Below are positions 17,801-26,528 of a stretch of 64,000 nucleotides of DNA, piece after piece. Source of the DNA: an uncultured Actinomycetes bacterium (GTDB lineage Bacteria > Actinomycetota > Thermoleophilia > Gaiellales > Gaiellaceae); contig CAVTCN010000023.1 in NCBI GenBank assembly GCA_963733215.1, forward strand, positions 2,935-66,934, written 5' to 3'. A program made the translations under genes and the position numbers. Under the pieces are notes generated by a model. That model was not told the origin of the DNA. It ran no database searches and was given only the letters and a program-made list of their open reading frames with translations. Numbering within the stretch: the first letter of the stretch is position 1; every line of letters begins with the position of its first letter.

Positions 17801-17931
17801 CCGCCGGCGTTCTGCTCGCGCAGGCGGTCGAAGATCCGTTCCTCGTCCCACCAGGCGAGGATCTCCTGCTCGAGCGCGGGATGGTCGGGCTTGTCGGGCA
17901 GCGGTGAGAAGACGGCTTCGGCTTCTGCCAT
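14868..17931 (-). pseudogene. ileS: isoleucine--tRNA ligase (type 2), frame broken once as sequenced; probably intact in vivo
   Basis: N-terminal ORF 15337..17931 ([26 protein letters not shown]..., KMSKS-region HKSTGNAI). C-terminal ORF 14868..15506 (ARRVVALGHQARSASGLKLRQPL...). Conserved sequence continues as SAFLAG|WPDVREADGSLLGDVAEARRVV across a 1-nt frame change at about 15549-15552. Confidence 0.9.
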
Positions 17932-18018
17932 GCGTTCGATTTTACGAATGGGCGGGAACAGCCCAGCCGGGACGCTCGTTACCCTTCCCGAATCCGTGAA
18001 CCTGAAAGGAACCTTTCA

Positions 18019-18354
18019 ATGACAGACGCACAGGCGGTAACCGAGGAGACGTTCGACCAGGAAGTGCTCTCCTCCGACACCCCGGTCCTCGTGGACTTCT
18101 GGGCCGAGTGGTGCCAGCCGTGCCACATGGTCTCGCCCATCCTCGACAAGATCGCCGAGGAGCGGCAGGGCCAGCTCAAGCTCGTGAAGATCAACATCGA
18201 CGAGCAGCCCGCGATCGCTCAGCGGTACGGAATCGCCTCGATTCCGACGATGGTCCTCTTCAAGGACGGCGAGCCCGCGGCCGCCGCGCTCGGCGCGCAG
18301 CCGAAGGGCGCCCTCGAGCGCCAGCTCGGTCTCTCCGAGAACGGCGCCGGGTAG
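18019..18354 (+). CDS. trxA: thioredoxin (active site WCQPC)
   Basis: FDQEVL.S..PVLVDFWAEWCQPCHMVSPILD...LKLVKINIDE.P.IA..YGI.SIPT..LFKDG is a canonical thioredoxin, with Gln replacing the usual Gly in CGPC. Confidence 0.92.
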   Translation: MTDAQAVTEETFDQEVLSSDTPVLVDFWAEWCQPCHMVSPILDKIAEERQGQLKLVKINIDEQPAIAQRYGIASIPTMVLFKDGEPAAAALGAQPKGALERQLGLSENGAG

Positions 18355-18365
18355 CCGGCTTCCTC

Positions 18366-19151
18366 CTGATCAATCCGCGCTCGGGGGACGGCTCCCCGAG
18401 CGCGGATGAGCTCGTCGCTGCCGCGGAAGCGCGCGGCATCACGACGCACGTCCTGGGTGAGGACGACGACGCCGTGGAGCTCGCGCGCCGTGCTGACGCC
18501 GAGGCGCTCGGGATGGCCGGCGGCGACGGATCGCTCGCTCAGGTCGCGCAGGTCGCGATCGAGCGGGGGCTCCCGTTCGCCTGCCTCCCGTTCGGGACGC
18601 GTAACCACTTCGCGCGCGACATCGGGCTCGACCGCGACGACCCGATCGCGGCACTCGACGCCTTCGGCGGGCGCGAGCGGCGCATCGACGTGGGCAGGAT
18701 CGCGGGCGACGTGTTCCTGAACAACGTCAGCCTCGGCCACTACGCGACGCTCGTCCACCGGCGCGAGCACCACCGCCGGCGGAGAGACGCATTCGCGCGG
18801 CTCCGCGCGCTGGTCCTGACACTCACCAACCGCGAGCCCCTCGGTCTGACGATCGACGGCGAGCCGGTCGAGGCGAGCGTCGCGCTCGTCTCGAACAACG
18901 CCTACACGCTCGAGCTCCTCTCGATCGGCGAACGCGAGCGCCTCGACGAGGGGCGCCTTCACCTCTACCTCGCGACCGGCTGGCGGTTCTCCGAGTGGGA
19001 CGAACGCGCCTGCACGTCACTGACGATCGACGCGGCGCAACACCGGATCGAGGCAGCGGTCGACGGCGAGCCCGCCGAGTTCCAGACGCCGCTCGAGTTC
19101 ACGATCGAGCCGCTCGCCCTACGCGTCCTGCTGCCGGCCGCGCCAGGCTGA
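18366..19151 (+). CDS. diacylglycerol/lipid kinase family protein (YegS/BmrU-like)
   Basis: LLINPRSGDG..., GGDGSLAQVAQ, FACLPFGTRNHFARDIG. No ATG/GTG/TTG lies between the trxA stop and the conserved INPRSG, so the start is provisionally a CTG at 18366. Confidence 0.78.
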   Translation: MINPRSGDGSPSADELVAAAEARGITTHVLGEDDDAVELARRADAEALGMAGGDGSLAQVAQVAIERGLPFACLPFGTRNHFARDIGLDRDDPIAALDAFGGRERRIDVGRIAGDVFLNNVSLGHYATLVHRREHHRRRRDAFARLRALVLTLTNREPLGLTIDGEPVEASVALVSNNAYTLELLSIGERERLDEGRLHLYLATGWRFSEWDERACTSLTIDAAQHRIEAAVDGEPAEFQTPLEFTIEPLALRVLLPAAPG

Positions 19152-19679
19152 GATCACATCGGGAATGTGCGGGAACGCGACGTCGTCCCAGGGGATCTCG
19201 TCCGGGCCGAAGAAGGCGAACTCCAGGACGTCGTCGTCGGGCGTGGGCACCCCGTCGGCGATCCGGGCGCTCCAGTAGAGGTTCATGGTCGAGATCTCCC
19301 GCGCCTCGGCCCGGTACCAGTCCATGAAGATGCCGACGAACTCCGTGTCGCGGAGGCCGATCGCCGCCTCCTCGCGCAGCTCCCGGTGCAGGGCGTCGAG
19401 CGGGTGCTCGCCCTCCTCGACGAAGCCCCCCGGCAGGTCCAGCTTGCCGGCGGACGGCTCGTGCGCCCGCCTCGCGAACATCACGCGGCCTTCGTCGTCG
19501 ACCACGAGGGCGGATGCGGTGGGCTTCGGGTTCGCGTAGTTGACGAAGCCACAGTCGGGGCACTCCACGCGTCCCTGCTCATGCCGGACCGTCGCCGCGC
19601 AGACGGGACAGCGCCTCCAGGCGTCGAGCTCTCCCACGGATCGCAACAATAGGGCCGTGCACGAGGATCCACCGCCCAC
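19119..19679 (-). CDS. NUDIX hydrolase with N-terminal zinc ribbon (NudC-like)
   Basis: CPVC...CPDCG zinc ribbon and Nudix box GGFVEEGEHPLDALHRELREEAAI. The start is uncertain: GTG 19679 from the track, or GTG 19637. The 3' end overlaps the convergent lipid-kinase gene by 33 nt. Confidence 0.8.
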   Translation of the reverse strand: MGGGSSCTALLLRSVGELDAWRRCPVCAATVRHEQGRVECPDCGFVNYANPKPTASALVVDDEGRVMFARRAHEPSAGKLDLPGGFVEEGEHPLDALHRELREEAAIGLRDTEFVGIFMDWYRAEAREISTMNLYWSARIADGVPTPDDDVLEFAFFGPDEIPWDDVAFPHIPDVISAWRGRQQDA

Positions 19680-19785
19680 ACCCGAGGAGCACGAGCAGGC
19701 CCCCGAGCAGCTGCCCGAATCCCAGGCGGCCGAGGGCCCGGGTCACGAGGACGACGATCTCCCCGAGGACGACGCGGACTCGTGA
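19657..19785 (+). CDS. possible acidic leader peptide/ORF (42 aa)
   Basis: GTG 19657 gives MHEDPPPTPEEHEQAPEQLPESQAAEGPGHEDDDLPEDDADS. GTGA overlap with the next gene. It could instead be an N-terminal extension displaced by an indel, or non-coding. Confidence 0.2.
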   Translation: MHEDPPPTPEEHEQAPEQLPESQAAEGPGHEDDDLPEDDADS

Positions 19786-20147
19786 GGCACGTTCCGGCCT
19801 CCGTGACGGAGCTGTCGCGGATCGGCCTCCTGGCTGAGCTCCCCGGAGAGCAGCTGACGAAGCTCGCGCACCGGATGCGGCGGGAGGAGGTCGGGCCCGG
19901 GCAGCCGCTCCTGCGTGAAGGCGACGAGGGCGACCGCTTCTACGTCGTCCTGAACGGGCTCCTCTCGGTGACCCAGAACGAACGCGGCCTGCGCCGCATC
20001 CTCAAGCCGGGCGACTACTTCGGCGAGGTGGCACTCGCGATGGACCTGCCGCGAACCGCATCGGTCTCGCCCATGACGCTCTCGACGGTCGCCAGCTGTG
20101 ACCGCGAGACGTTCGACGAGTTCATCCGGCCGCTGTTCGCCGAGTAG
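19782..20147 (+). CDS. stand-alone cyclic-nucleotide-binding domain protein
   Basis: L..LP.EQL..LA..M....V..GQ.L.REGD.GDRFYVVL.G...V........R.L.PGDYFGEVAL....PRTASV is a CAP/Crp-type cNMP-binding fold without an effector domain. Confidence 0.8.
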   Translation: MRHVPASVTELSRIGLLAELPGEQLTKLAHRMRREEVGPGQPLLREGDEGDRFYVVLNGLLSVTQNERGLRRILKPGDYFGEVALAMDLPRTASVSPMTLSTVASCDRETFDEFIRPLFAE

Positions 20148-20150
20148 GCG

Positions 20151-21906
20151 CTACGTCTTCACGCCGAGCGGCAGCGACCAGAGCTTCACCTTCGCCTGCC
20201 GACCGCGAACCTCCATCTCGTCGACGAAGACCAGGTCGTCCAGCTCCTGCTGGAGCAGCTCCACGGTCGTGTCGGAGATGAAGACCGAGTGCGGCGTTCC
20301 CTTCGTCATGCCCTGGAGGCGCGCCGCCGTATTGGTCGTGTCGCCGAGAGCCGTGTACTCCATCCGGGTCGCCGAGCCGACGTTCCCGGAGACCACGTCG
20401 CCGCTGTTCAGCCCGATCCCCATGTAGAAGCCGCTGGCGATCTCCCGCTCCTCGAGCCACCGGTTGAAGCTCGGCAGCCGCGTCTCGAGCATCTCACGGG
20501 CCGTTGCGATCGCACGGTCCGCGTGGTCGGCCTGTTCGATCGGCGCCCCGAAGACGGCCATGATCCCGTCGCCCTCGTACGAGACGAGCGTTCCGCCGTT
20601 GGCATGGATCGCCTTCGTCATCTCGTCGAGGTAGTGGTTGACGATCTGCACGACCTGGGCGGCCGGCAGGGCCTCCGACACCGACGTGAAGCCGCGGAGG
20701 TCGGTGAACATCACGGTCGCCTCCATCGTCACGCCGCCAAGGCGGAGATCGCCGTCGGTGCGCTTGAGCACGTCGTCCACGACCGCAGCCGGCACGAAGC
20801 GAGTGAACATCTCGCGGACCCGCTCGCGCTCGAAGGCCGTGAGGAGGTAGTGCGCCCCGATCGACCCGACTGACGAGACGAGCAGCGCACCGAACGGGTA
20901 GACGAACGAGACGACGAGACCCGGCGTTGAACGCGAGCTGGGTCGCGACGAGGAACCCAAGCGCGGCAAGGACCGCCAGCACCAGCGTCCCTCGGAGGGA
21001 GAGCCGGATCCCCGTCAGCGCCGGCAGCAGCCCGAGCAGGAGAATGAGCACCACGTTGAGCCAGGCCGGGGCTTTCTGCAGGGGAAGGCCGTCCAGGATC
21101 GTCGCGACCGCGTTCGCCTGGATCTCCGGCCCGGGCATCAGGTCGTCGCCGAACGAGACCGGGTGGACGTCCTGCAGCGAAGGGGCCCACGGCCCCACGA
21201 CCACGATCTTGCCCCGGAAGAGGCCCGGCTCGAACTGCCCGCGCAATACGCGAGAGAACGAGACGGAAGGAATCGTCCCGACCGGGCCGTGGTAGTCGAC
21301 GAGCCGGTCCTCCACCGAGAACCGCTCGACAGTCTCGCCGGTCGCACGTTCGGCGGCGACGACACCGAAGCTCTTCAGGCTGTCGAGCTCGAACGGGACG
21401 CGCCGGATGATCCCGCCAGGGTCGTCGTCGAAGTTCCCGTTGCCGACCGTCGTGCGGGCGTACTCGATGCCTTCGGCGCCGCCGAGGAAGTTCGGCTCGC
21501 CGTTCTCGCCGACCTCGGTGGTCGCGAAAACGACGTTGCCTGCCGCGCGGGCGGCGTCCATGAAGGCGTTGTCCTCCTCGGGGTCGGCGGAGGGCTCGCT
21601 GAACTGGACGTCGTAGGCGATCACTTTCGCGCCGTCCTCCTTCAGCCGCGTGATCAGCCTTCCGTGATTCGAGCGCGGGAACGGCCACTGCAGGTTCAGC
21701 TCGTCGAAGGTGACGTCGTCGATCTTCACGACGGCGAGATCCGCGGGCGGCGACTGCTCGCCGCGCACCGAGAAACGCGCGTCGATCGTGTCGAGGTCGA
21801 GGTCCTCGAAGACGTTCACGCCGTACGCGACCAGCCAGAGGCCGGTCGCGCCGAGCCCGACGGCGAGGAAGAGGGCGATGCGCAGACGCCGGCGACCGGA
21901 GGTCAT
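20151..21906 (-). pseudogene. CHASE2 sensor / class III adenylate-guanylate cyclase, frame broken once
   Basis: ORF 20494..21906 encodes TM + CHASE2 (VVKIDD.TF..L..WPFPR..H..LI..L...GAKVIAYDV.F.EPS). ORF 20151..20969 encodes TM + cyclase (ATVMFTDLRGFTS.SE...VV..VN.YL......I..NGGT...Y.GDGIMAVFGAP...GDVVSGNVGS...EYTALGDTTNTAARL). Junction QLAFNAG|LVVSFVYPFG at about 20919-20924. Confidence 0.85.
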
Positions 21907-21947
21907 CCGCCGAACTCTGGCTGAGCGTCTCGCCGAGGTCTAGCCCG

Positions 21948-22034
21948 CTAGCGGCGCGGCAGGCTCGGGAACGCCCAGACCAGGAGCAGGACGCTGATCG
22001 CGATCATTGCGATTCCCAAGCCGGCGATCTCCAT
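21948..22034 (-). CDS. possible 28-aa transmembrane micro-ORF upstream of the cyclase
   Basis: MEIAGLGIAMIAISVLLLVWAFPSLPRR with high GC3. It ends 41 nt before the cyclase start. No clear RBS. Confidence 0.2.
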   Translation of the reverse strand: MEIAGLGIAMIAISVLLLVWAFPSLPRR

Positions 22035-22147
22035 CTGCGGCACAATCGGGCCCCAAGGCCGTATCGCTTGAAGCGAGGCATCCCTCGTTCGAGGGATCGC
22101 CAGGTTCAAGGGACGGTCGATCTGACCCCGAAGGGGTCAGGAGCGTT

Positions 22148-23497
22148 TTGCCGTCAGCCGCCGCCAAGATTCCCGTCTACCGTGGCGAATTCGGTCCCGA
22201 GCAGGCCGAGCGCCTGCTCTGGCGTGCCGGCTTCGGGCCGCGCCGAGGACAGACCAGGAAGCTCGCGAGGCAGGGCCTGAACGAGTCCGTTCGCGCACTG
22301 ACCGCGCCGGGGCGCCAGCGATTCGTCGGCCCGCGTCCGAAGGACGAGAAGGGTCGTCCGCTCGCGCCGCGCGACGCGTGGGGCCACGACCATCTCTGGT
22401 GGCTCGATCGCATGGTCCGCGGAAACCGCCCGCTGATGGAGCGCATGACGCTCGTCTGGCACGACTGGTTCGCGACGTCGAACGAGGGCGTCGGCTCGCA
22501 GGGGCTCATGCTCCGGCAGAACGCGCTCTTCCGCCGGTACTGGCTCGGCTCCTTCCGGCAGCTGACGCTGGCGGTCACGCGCGACCCCGCCATGCTCCTG
22601 TGGCTCTCCGGGACCGACAACACGAAGTGGTCGCCGAACGAGAACTACGCGCGTGAGCTGATGGAGCTCTTCACGCTCGGCGCCGGACGCGGGTACACGG
22701 AGCGCGACGTCCGCGAGCAGGCGCGCGCGCTGACTGGCTTCCGGAACGACTGGCGGGAGGGCGTGGGCCCGACTCGCTTCCGCTTCGACCGCGAGCGGCA
22801 CGACCTCGGCTCGAAGCGCATCTTCGGACGGCGCGGAAAGTTCGACTGGCGCGACGCCGTCGAGCTCTGCGTCAAGCATCCGCGGCACCCGTCCTTCTTC
22901 GTCTCGAAGCTCTGGGGCTACTTCATCCCGACCACGCCGCCGCCCGCGACCCGCCGCGGCCTCGAGCAGCTGTACGTGCGCAGCGGGTACAGGGCGCGAC
23001 CCGTGGTGCGCGCGATCCTCAAGCACCCGCACTTCTACGACGGGCCGCGGATGGTGAAACCGCCGATCGTCTACACCGCGGGGCTCCTTCGCGCCTCCGG
23101 CCGGGGAATCGACACCGAGTCGTGGACGTGGCTCTGCGCGAACGCAGGCCAGCAGCTCTTCTACCCGCCGAACGTCTCGGGCTGGAACGACGACCGCTGG
23201 CTCGACACTGCGACGTACCTGGCCCGGTGGGACATCGCCGGGCGGGTCGCGCGAACCGGGCAGCTCGACCCGAACAAGGTGCAGGCGCCGTTCGACGCCG
23301 ACAAGCTGCTCGACCGTGCGCTCGCGTACTGGGGCAACCCGCAGCTCTCCTACGGCACGCGCCGCGTCCTGCGCAACTACACCAAGCGAGCACTCGGGAC
23401 CGCCAACCAGAACTGGAAGCGGAAGAGCTATCCGGCGCTTGTCGAGAACTCCCTCCGCCAGCTGATCGCCGTCTCCCCCGACCTCCAGACCTCATGA
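22148..23497 (+). CDS. DUF1800 family protein
   Basis: LLWRAGFGP..., MTLVWHDWFATS, NENYARELMELFTLG.G.GYTE.DV.E.ARALTG, FYPPNVSGW are the DUF1800 signature blocks. Start set at TTG 22148, 4 nt after an AGGAG. Confidence 0.85.
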   Translation: MPSAAAKIPVYRGEFGPEQAERLLWRAGFGPRRGQTRKLARQGLNESVRALTAPGRQRFVGPRPKDEKGRPLAPRDAWGHDHLWWLDRMVRGNRPLMERMTLVWHDWFATSNEGVGSQGLMLRQNALFRRYWLGSFRQLTLAVTRDPAMLLWLSGTDNTKWSPNENYARELMELFTLGAGRGYTERDVREQARALTGFRNDWREGVGPTRFRFDRERHDLGSKRIFGRRGKFDWRDAVELCVKHPRHPSFFVSKLWGYFIPTTPPPATRRGLEQLYVRSGYRARPVVRAILKHPHFYDGPRMVKPPIVYTAGLLRASGRGIDTESWTWLCANAGQQLFYPPNVSGWNDDRWLDTATYLARWDIAGRVARTGQLDPNKVQAPFDADKLLDRALAYWGNPQLSYGTRRVLRNYTKRALGTANQNWKRKSYPALVENSLRQLIAVSPDLQTS

Positions 23498-24866
23498 GCC
23501 GCTGCTGCAACGAGTTCTCCCGCTCCTCCCTCCTCCGCCGTGCGGTCGCCGAGGCGGGCTCCGGGTTGCCAGGGATCGAGCCGGGGATGCCGATGCCTGC
23601 GGGCACCGGTCTCGACCGCCGCGACTTCATGCTCCGCTCGGCCGGGCTCGCACTGGCCGTGTACGGCGCCGGGTCGTTCGCCCTGCCGGGCTTCGAGGAC
23701 GGGATCCTCGAGGCGGCCGAGGCGGCGCCGGCGCAGCCCGTGCTCGTCAGCGTCTTCCTCGACGGCGGCGCCGACTCGCTCTCGCTGCTCGCGCCGTCGG
23801 CGACCCCGACTACCGGCGGCTGCGGCCGCGGCTGGCGCTGCCGGACTCAGGGCTCGTCTTCACGGAGGATCCCGGGCTGCGCTGGCACCCCGAGGCAGCC
23901 GCGTTCAGGACGCTGCACCTCGAGGGCAAGCTCACCGTCCTCCCCACCGTCGGCTACACGGACGCCGACCAGTCCCATTTCACCTCGCGCCACTACTGGG
24001 AGGTCGGCGCGACGAATCCCGGGCTCCGCACCGGCTGGATGGGCCGCTATCTCGACCGGGCCGGGCGATCGGACAACCCGCTCCAAGGGCTCAGCCTCGA
24101 CGGCGAGCTGGCTCCGCCGCTCGCAACGCGGAAGGCGCCGGTTGCGGCGCTGCGCGGCGCGGACAGCTACCGGTTCTGGGCTCCGGGCGTCTGGGGTGAG
24201 GTCGAGCGCGAGATGCTGGAGACGCTCGCGCCGCTCGGACGGGCCCGCGGCGCCCGCGGAAAGGCCCTCGCGTCCATCGCCGGCACCGCGTCGCAGGCGA
24301 ACCGGCTCCGCCAGCAGCTCGCGCCGTTCAACGGCACCGGGATCACGAGCCCGGTCGCCTATCCGCAGCATCGCAGCAGCTTCCCGAAGCGCCTCGCAGG
24401 GCTGGCGGCGATGCTCGGCGCCGGCCTTCCCCTGCGCTGCGTCGCGCTTCGCGCGTACGGGATGTACGACACGCATGACGACCAGGCCGAGGCGCTGGGA
24501 CAGGGACTGAAGCTGACCGGCGACAGCCTGCTCGCGTTCCAGCGCGACCTCGAGGCGCGAGGCTTGGCCGACCGCGTGCTCACGCTCGTCTGGTCGGAGT
24601 TCGGCCGCCGCGCCGAGGAGAACGGCTCGCGCGGCACGGACCACGGAGCTGCCGGCGTCGGCATGGTCATGGGCACCCGGGCCCGCGGCCAGATGATCGG
24701 TGAGCTACCGCGGCTCCGCCAGGCGCTCGACCGGGAAGGGAACCTGAAGGCCACCGTGGACTTCCGGAGCGTCTACAGCTCGCTGCTCGAGCAGTGGTTC
24801 GACTTCGACGCCGCCGGCGCGATCCCCAACGCGCGCGCCTACCGGCGGCTCCAGCTCGTCAAGTGA
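23494..24866 (+). pseudogene. DUF1501 family protein with twin-arginine signal, frame broken once
   Basis: ATGA overlap with DUF1800. Tat-like DRRDFMLRSAGLALAV. Then VLVSVFLDGGADSLSLLAPS|GDPDYRRLRPRLAL...VGYTDADQSHFTSRHYWE...YDTHDDQ...WSEFGRR..ENGS.GTDHG. The frame changes at about 23798-23802, consistent with one G missing from a G run. Confidence 0.85.
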
Positions 24867-25225
24867 GGCGGCTCGCTCTTCTCGCCCTGACGCTGGCCGC
24901 GCTCGTCGCTGCGGCGCACCCGGTGCTCGCGGCGCGGCCGCCCGCGCGCGTGCAGGTGACGGCGCTCGAGTTCGAGTACCGGCTGTCCCGGCTGACCGTC
25001 CGTCAGGGGCCCGCGCTGATCCAGCTCGTCAACTACGGCGAGGACGAGCACGATCTCTACGTGCACCGCATCGGCGGAACGCGGACCTTTCGAGTGAGGA
25101 GAATTCTCCCGGGCGAGCGGGCAACGCTGTCGATCCGCCTGCTGCCCGGCCGCTACCGCCTCTGGTGCGCGGTCTCGGACCACCGCGCGCGCGGCATGCG
25201 CGCGACCCTGCGCGTCAGGCGCTAG
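24863..25225 (+). CDS. small secreted cupredoxin-like protein with type-1 copper ligand pattern
   Basis: GTGA overlap with DUF1501. Signal-like VRRLALLALTLAALVAAAHPVLA. Ligand-like H in GEDEHDL plus C-x4-H-x4-M in WCAVSDHRARGM. Confidence 0.6.
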   Translation: MRRLALLALTLAALVAAAHPVLAARPPARVQVTALEFEYRLSRLTVRQGPALIQLVNYGEDEHDLYVHRIGGTRTFRVRRILPGERATLSIRLLPGRYRLWCAVSDHRARGMRATLRVRR

Positions 25226-25230
25226 GTCGC

Positions 25231-25250
25231 TTGTAACAGACTGTTACTTG
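25231..25250. repeat. AT-rich 20-bp element TTGTAACAGACTGTTACTTG (core GTAACAG-A-CTGTTAC perfect palindrome), copy 1
   Basis: Read directly from the sequence. It lies 5 nt after the cupredoxin stop. Confidence 0.85.
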
Positions 25251-25285
25251 CTCGCGGTGAGGCTAGGCGAGCGGCCCCGAGGGCT

Positions 25286-25305
25286 TTGTAACAGTCTGTT
25301 ACTTG
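25286..25305. repeat. AT-rich 20-bp element TTGTAACAGTCTGTTACTTG, copy 2
   Basis: Identical to copy 1 except for the central base (A/T). It overlaps the TAA stop (25299-25301) and the last two codons of the convergent serine-hydrolase gene. Confidence 0.85.
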
Positions 25306-26183
25306 GCTCTTGAGGCGAGCTCGTCGATCACTGCGTCGCTGAGACGCGGCCAGGCGTCGAGGGCCCACTCGCCGAACTCGAGATCGGTGAGCGCGGCAAG
25401 GGCGAGGCGGCGGTCAGGATCGACCCAGAGGAAGGTGCCGCTGCCGCCGAAGTGGCCGAACGTCCGGTCCGAGGCGCGGTTCCCCGTCCAGTGACTCGGC
25501 TTGCGGTCGCGGAGCTCGAGCCCGAGCCCCCAGTCGTTCGGGTCGTAGCGCCCGATCCCCGGGATCACACCGCCGAGGCCGGGGAACTGGACGGTGGTCG
25601 CCTCGTCCAGAGTCTCCGGCGCGACGAGCGTCGGGTCGAGAAGCTCGCGGCCGAGGCGGAGCACGTCGTCGAGCGTGCCGTGCACCCCGGCCCCCGCCGA
25701 GCCCTCGAGCGTGGCGCTCATCCCGAGCGGCTCGAAGACGGCCTGGCGGAGATACTCGGGGAACGGCATCTCGGCCTGCTCCTCGACAAACCTCGCGAGG
25801 ACTTCGAAGCCTGCATTCGAGTAGATCCGCCGCGTCCCCGGCTTCGCAATCGGCTCGGTGCCCTCGAAGGGCAGTCCCGAAGTGTGCGCGAGCAGGTGGC
25901 GGACGGTCGAGCCCTGCGGGCCGGCCGGCTCGTCGAGGTCGACCGTGCCCTCCTCGGCCGCGACCAGCACGGCCAGCGCCGTCGCGGGCTTCGTGACCGA
26001 GGCCCAGCGGAACCTGCGGGCGGCATCTCCGTTCGTCGCAACCACCTCTCCGTCCGCGACGACGCCGGCCGCGGCGTTCTCCGCAGGCCACTCGTCCAGC
26101 TGGCGCAGTGCGTCCACGGCGGCGGATACTAGGCCCGTGCCACATCGGCGCATCCCGGGCCACTCGCCGTACGAGTCGATCAT
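25299..26183 (-). CDS. beta-lactamase-family serine hydrolase (class C/PBP4*-like)
   Basis: SxxK motif in FRWASVTKPATALAV, then HLLAHTSGLP and YSNAGFEVL. The start is uncertain: the ATG at 26183 would overlap the divergent RidA-family gene, and a GTG at 26117 is possible. Confidence 0.82.
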   Translation of the reverse strand: MIDSYGEWPGMRRCGTGLVSAAVDALRQLDEWPAENAAAGVVADGEVVATNGDAARRFRWASVTKPATALAVLVAAEEGTVDLDEPAGPQGSTVRHLLAHTSGLPFEGTEPIAKPGTRRIYSNAGFEVLARFVEEQAEMPFPEYLRQAVFEPLGMSATLEGSAGAGVHGTLDDVLRLGRELLDPTLVAPETLDEATTVQFPGLGGVIPGIGRYDPNDWGLGLELRDRKPSHWTGNRASDRTFGHFGGSGTFLWVDPDRRLALAALTDLEFGEWALDAWPRLSDAVIDELASRAK

Positions 26184-26522
26184 GGGCTACTCGCGCGCCG
26201 TCGTCGCCGGCGACCACGTGTACGTCGCCGGGACGGCGCCGATCCCCGCGGACGGGAGCGACCCGCCCAGGGCGCCTACGACCAGACCCGCCTCTGCCTC
26301 GAGATCGTGAAGGGCGCGCTCGAGCGGGCCGGTAGCCGGCTCGAGGACGTCGTGCGCACGTGTGTCTACCTGACCGACGCATCGGCCTTCGACGAGATGG
26401 CCCGGGCGCACGGCGAGGTGTTCAGGGACATCCGCCCGGTCAACACGACCGTCGTCATCGCGGGGCTCGTGGATCCCCGCTGGCTCCTCGAGTTGGACGT
26501 CGTCGCAGTCCTGTCAGACTGA
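26137..26522 (+). pseudogene. RidA/YjgF-family (Rid) protein, frame broken once
   Basis: SPYESIMGYSRAVVAGDHVYVAGTAPIPADGSDPP | GAYDQTRLCLEIVKGALERAGSRLEDVVRTCVYLTD...FRDIRPVNTTVVIAGLVDPRWLLELDVVA. The two frames join at about 26266-26272. The start is probably GTG 26137. Confidence 0.78.
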
Positions 26523-26528
26523 CGCGCC

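Noticed and set aside
17932-18018. Possible T-box or other leader upstream of ileS
   Set aside because: Only 87 nt separate ileS from the divergent trxA start. I cannot find the conserved T-box core (GGUGGUACCGCG-like) or a specifier-loop arrangement. A TGGGC...GCCCA stem alone is not evidence.
19119-19151. 33-nt convergent overlap of the lipid kinase and NUDIX genes as a regulatory antisense arrangement
   Set aside because: Short tail-to-tail overlaps are frequent in this compact window (for example S8/cca, and arfB with the GGDEF gene). Nothing else distinguishes this one.
25231-25305. Mini CRISPR array (two 20-bp repeats with a 35-bp spacer) or a dif site
   Set aside because: There are only two repeats, which are shorter than CRISPR repeats, and no cas genes. 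For dif, there is no 6-bp central region between XerC and XerD arms, and the core is a 7-1-7 palindrome. Kept as an unexplained repeat instead.
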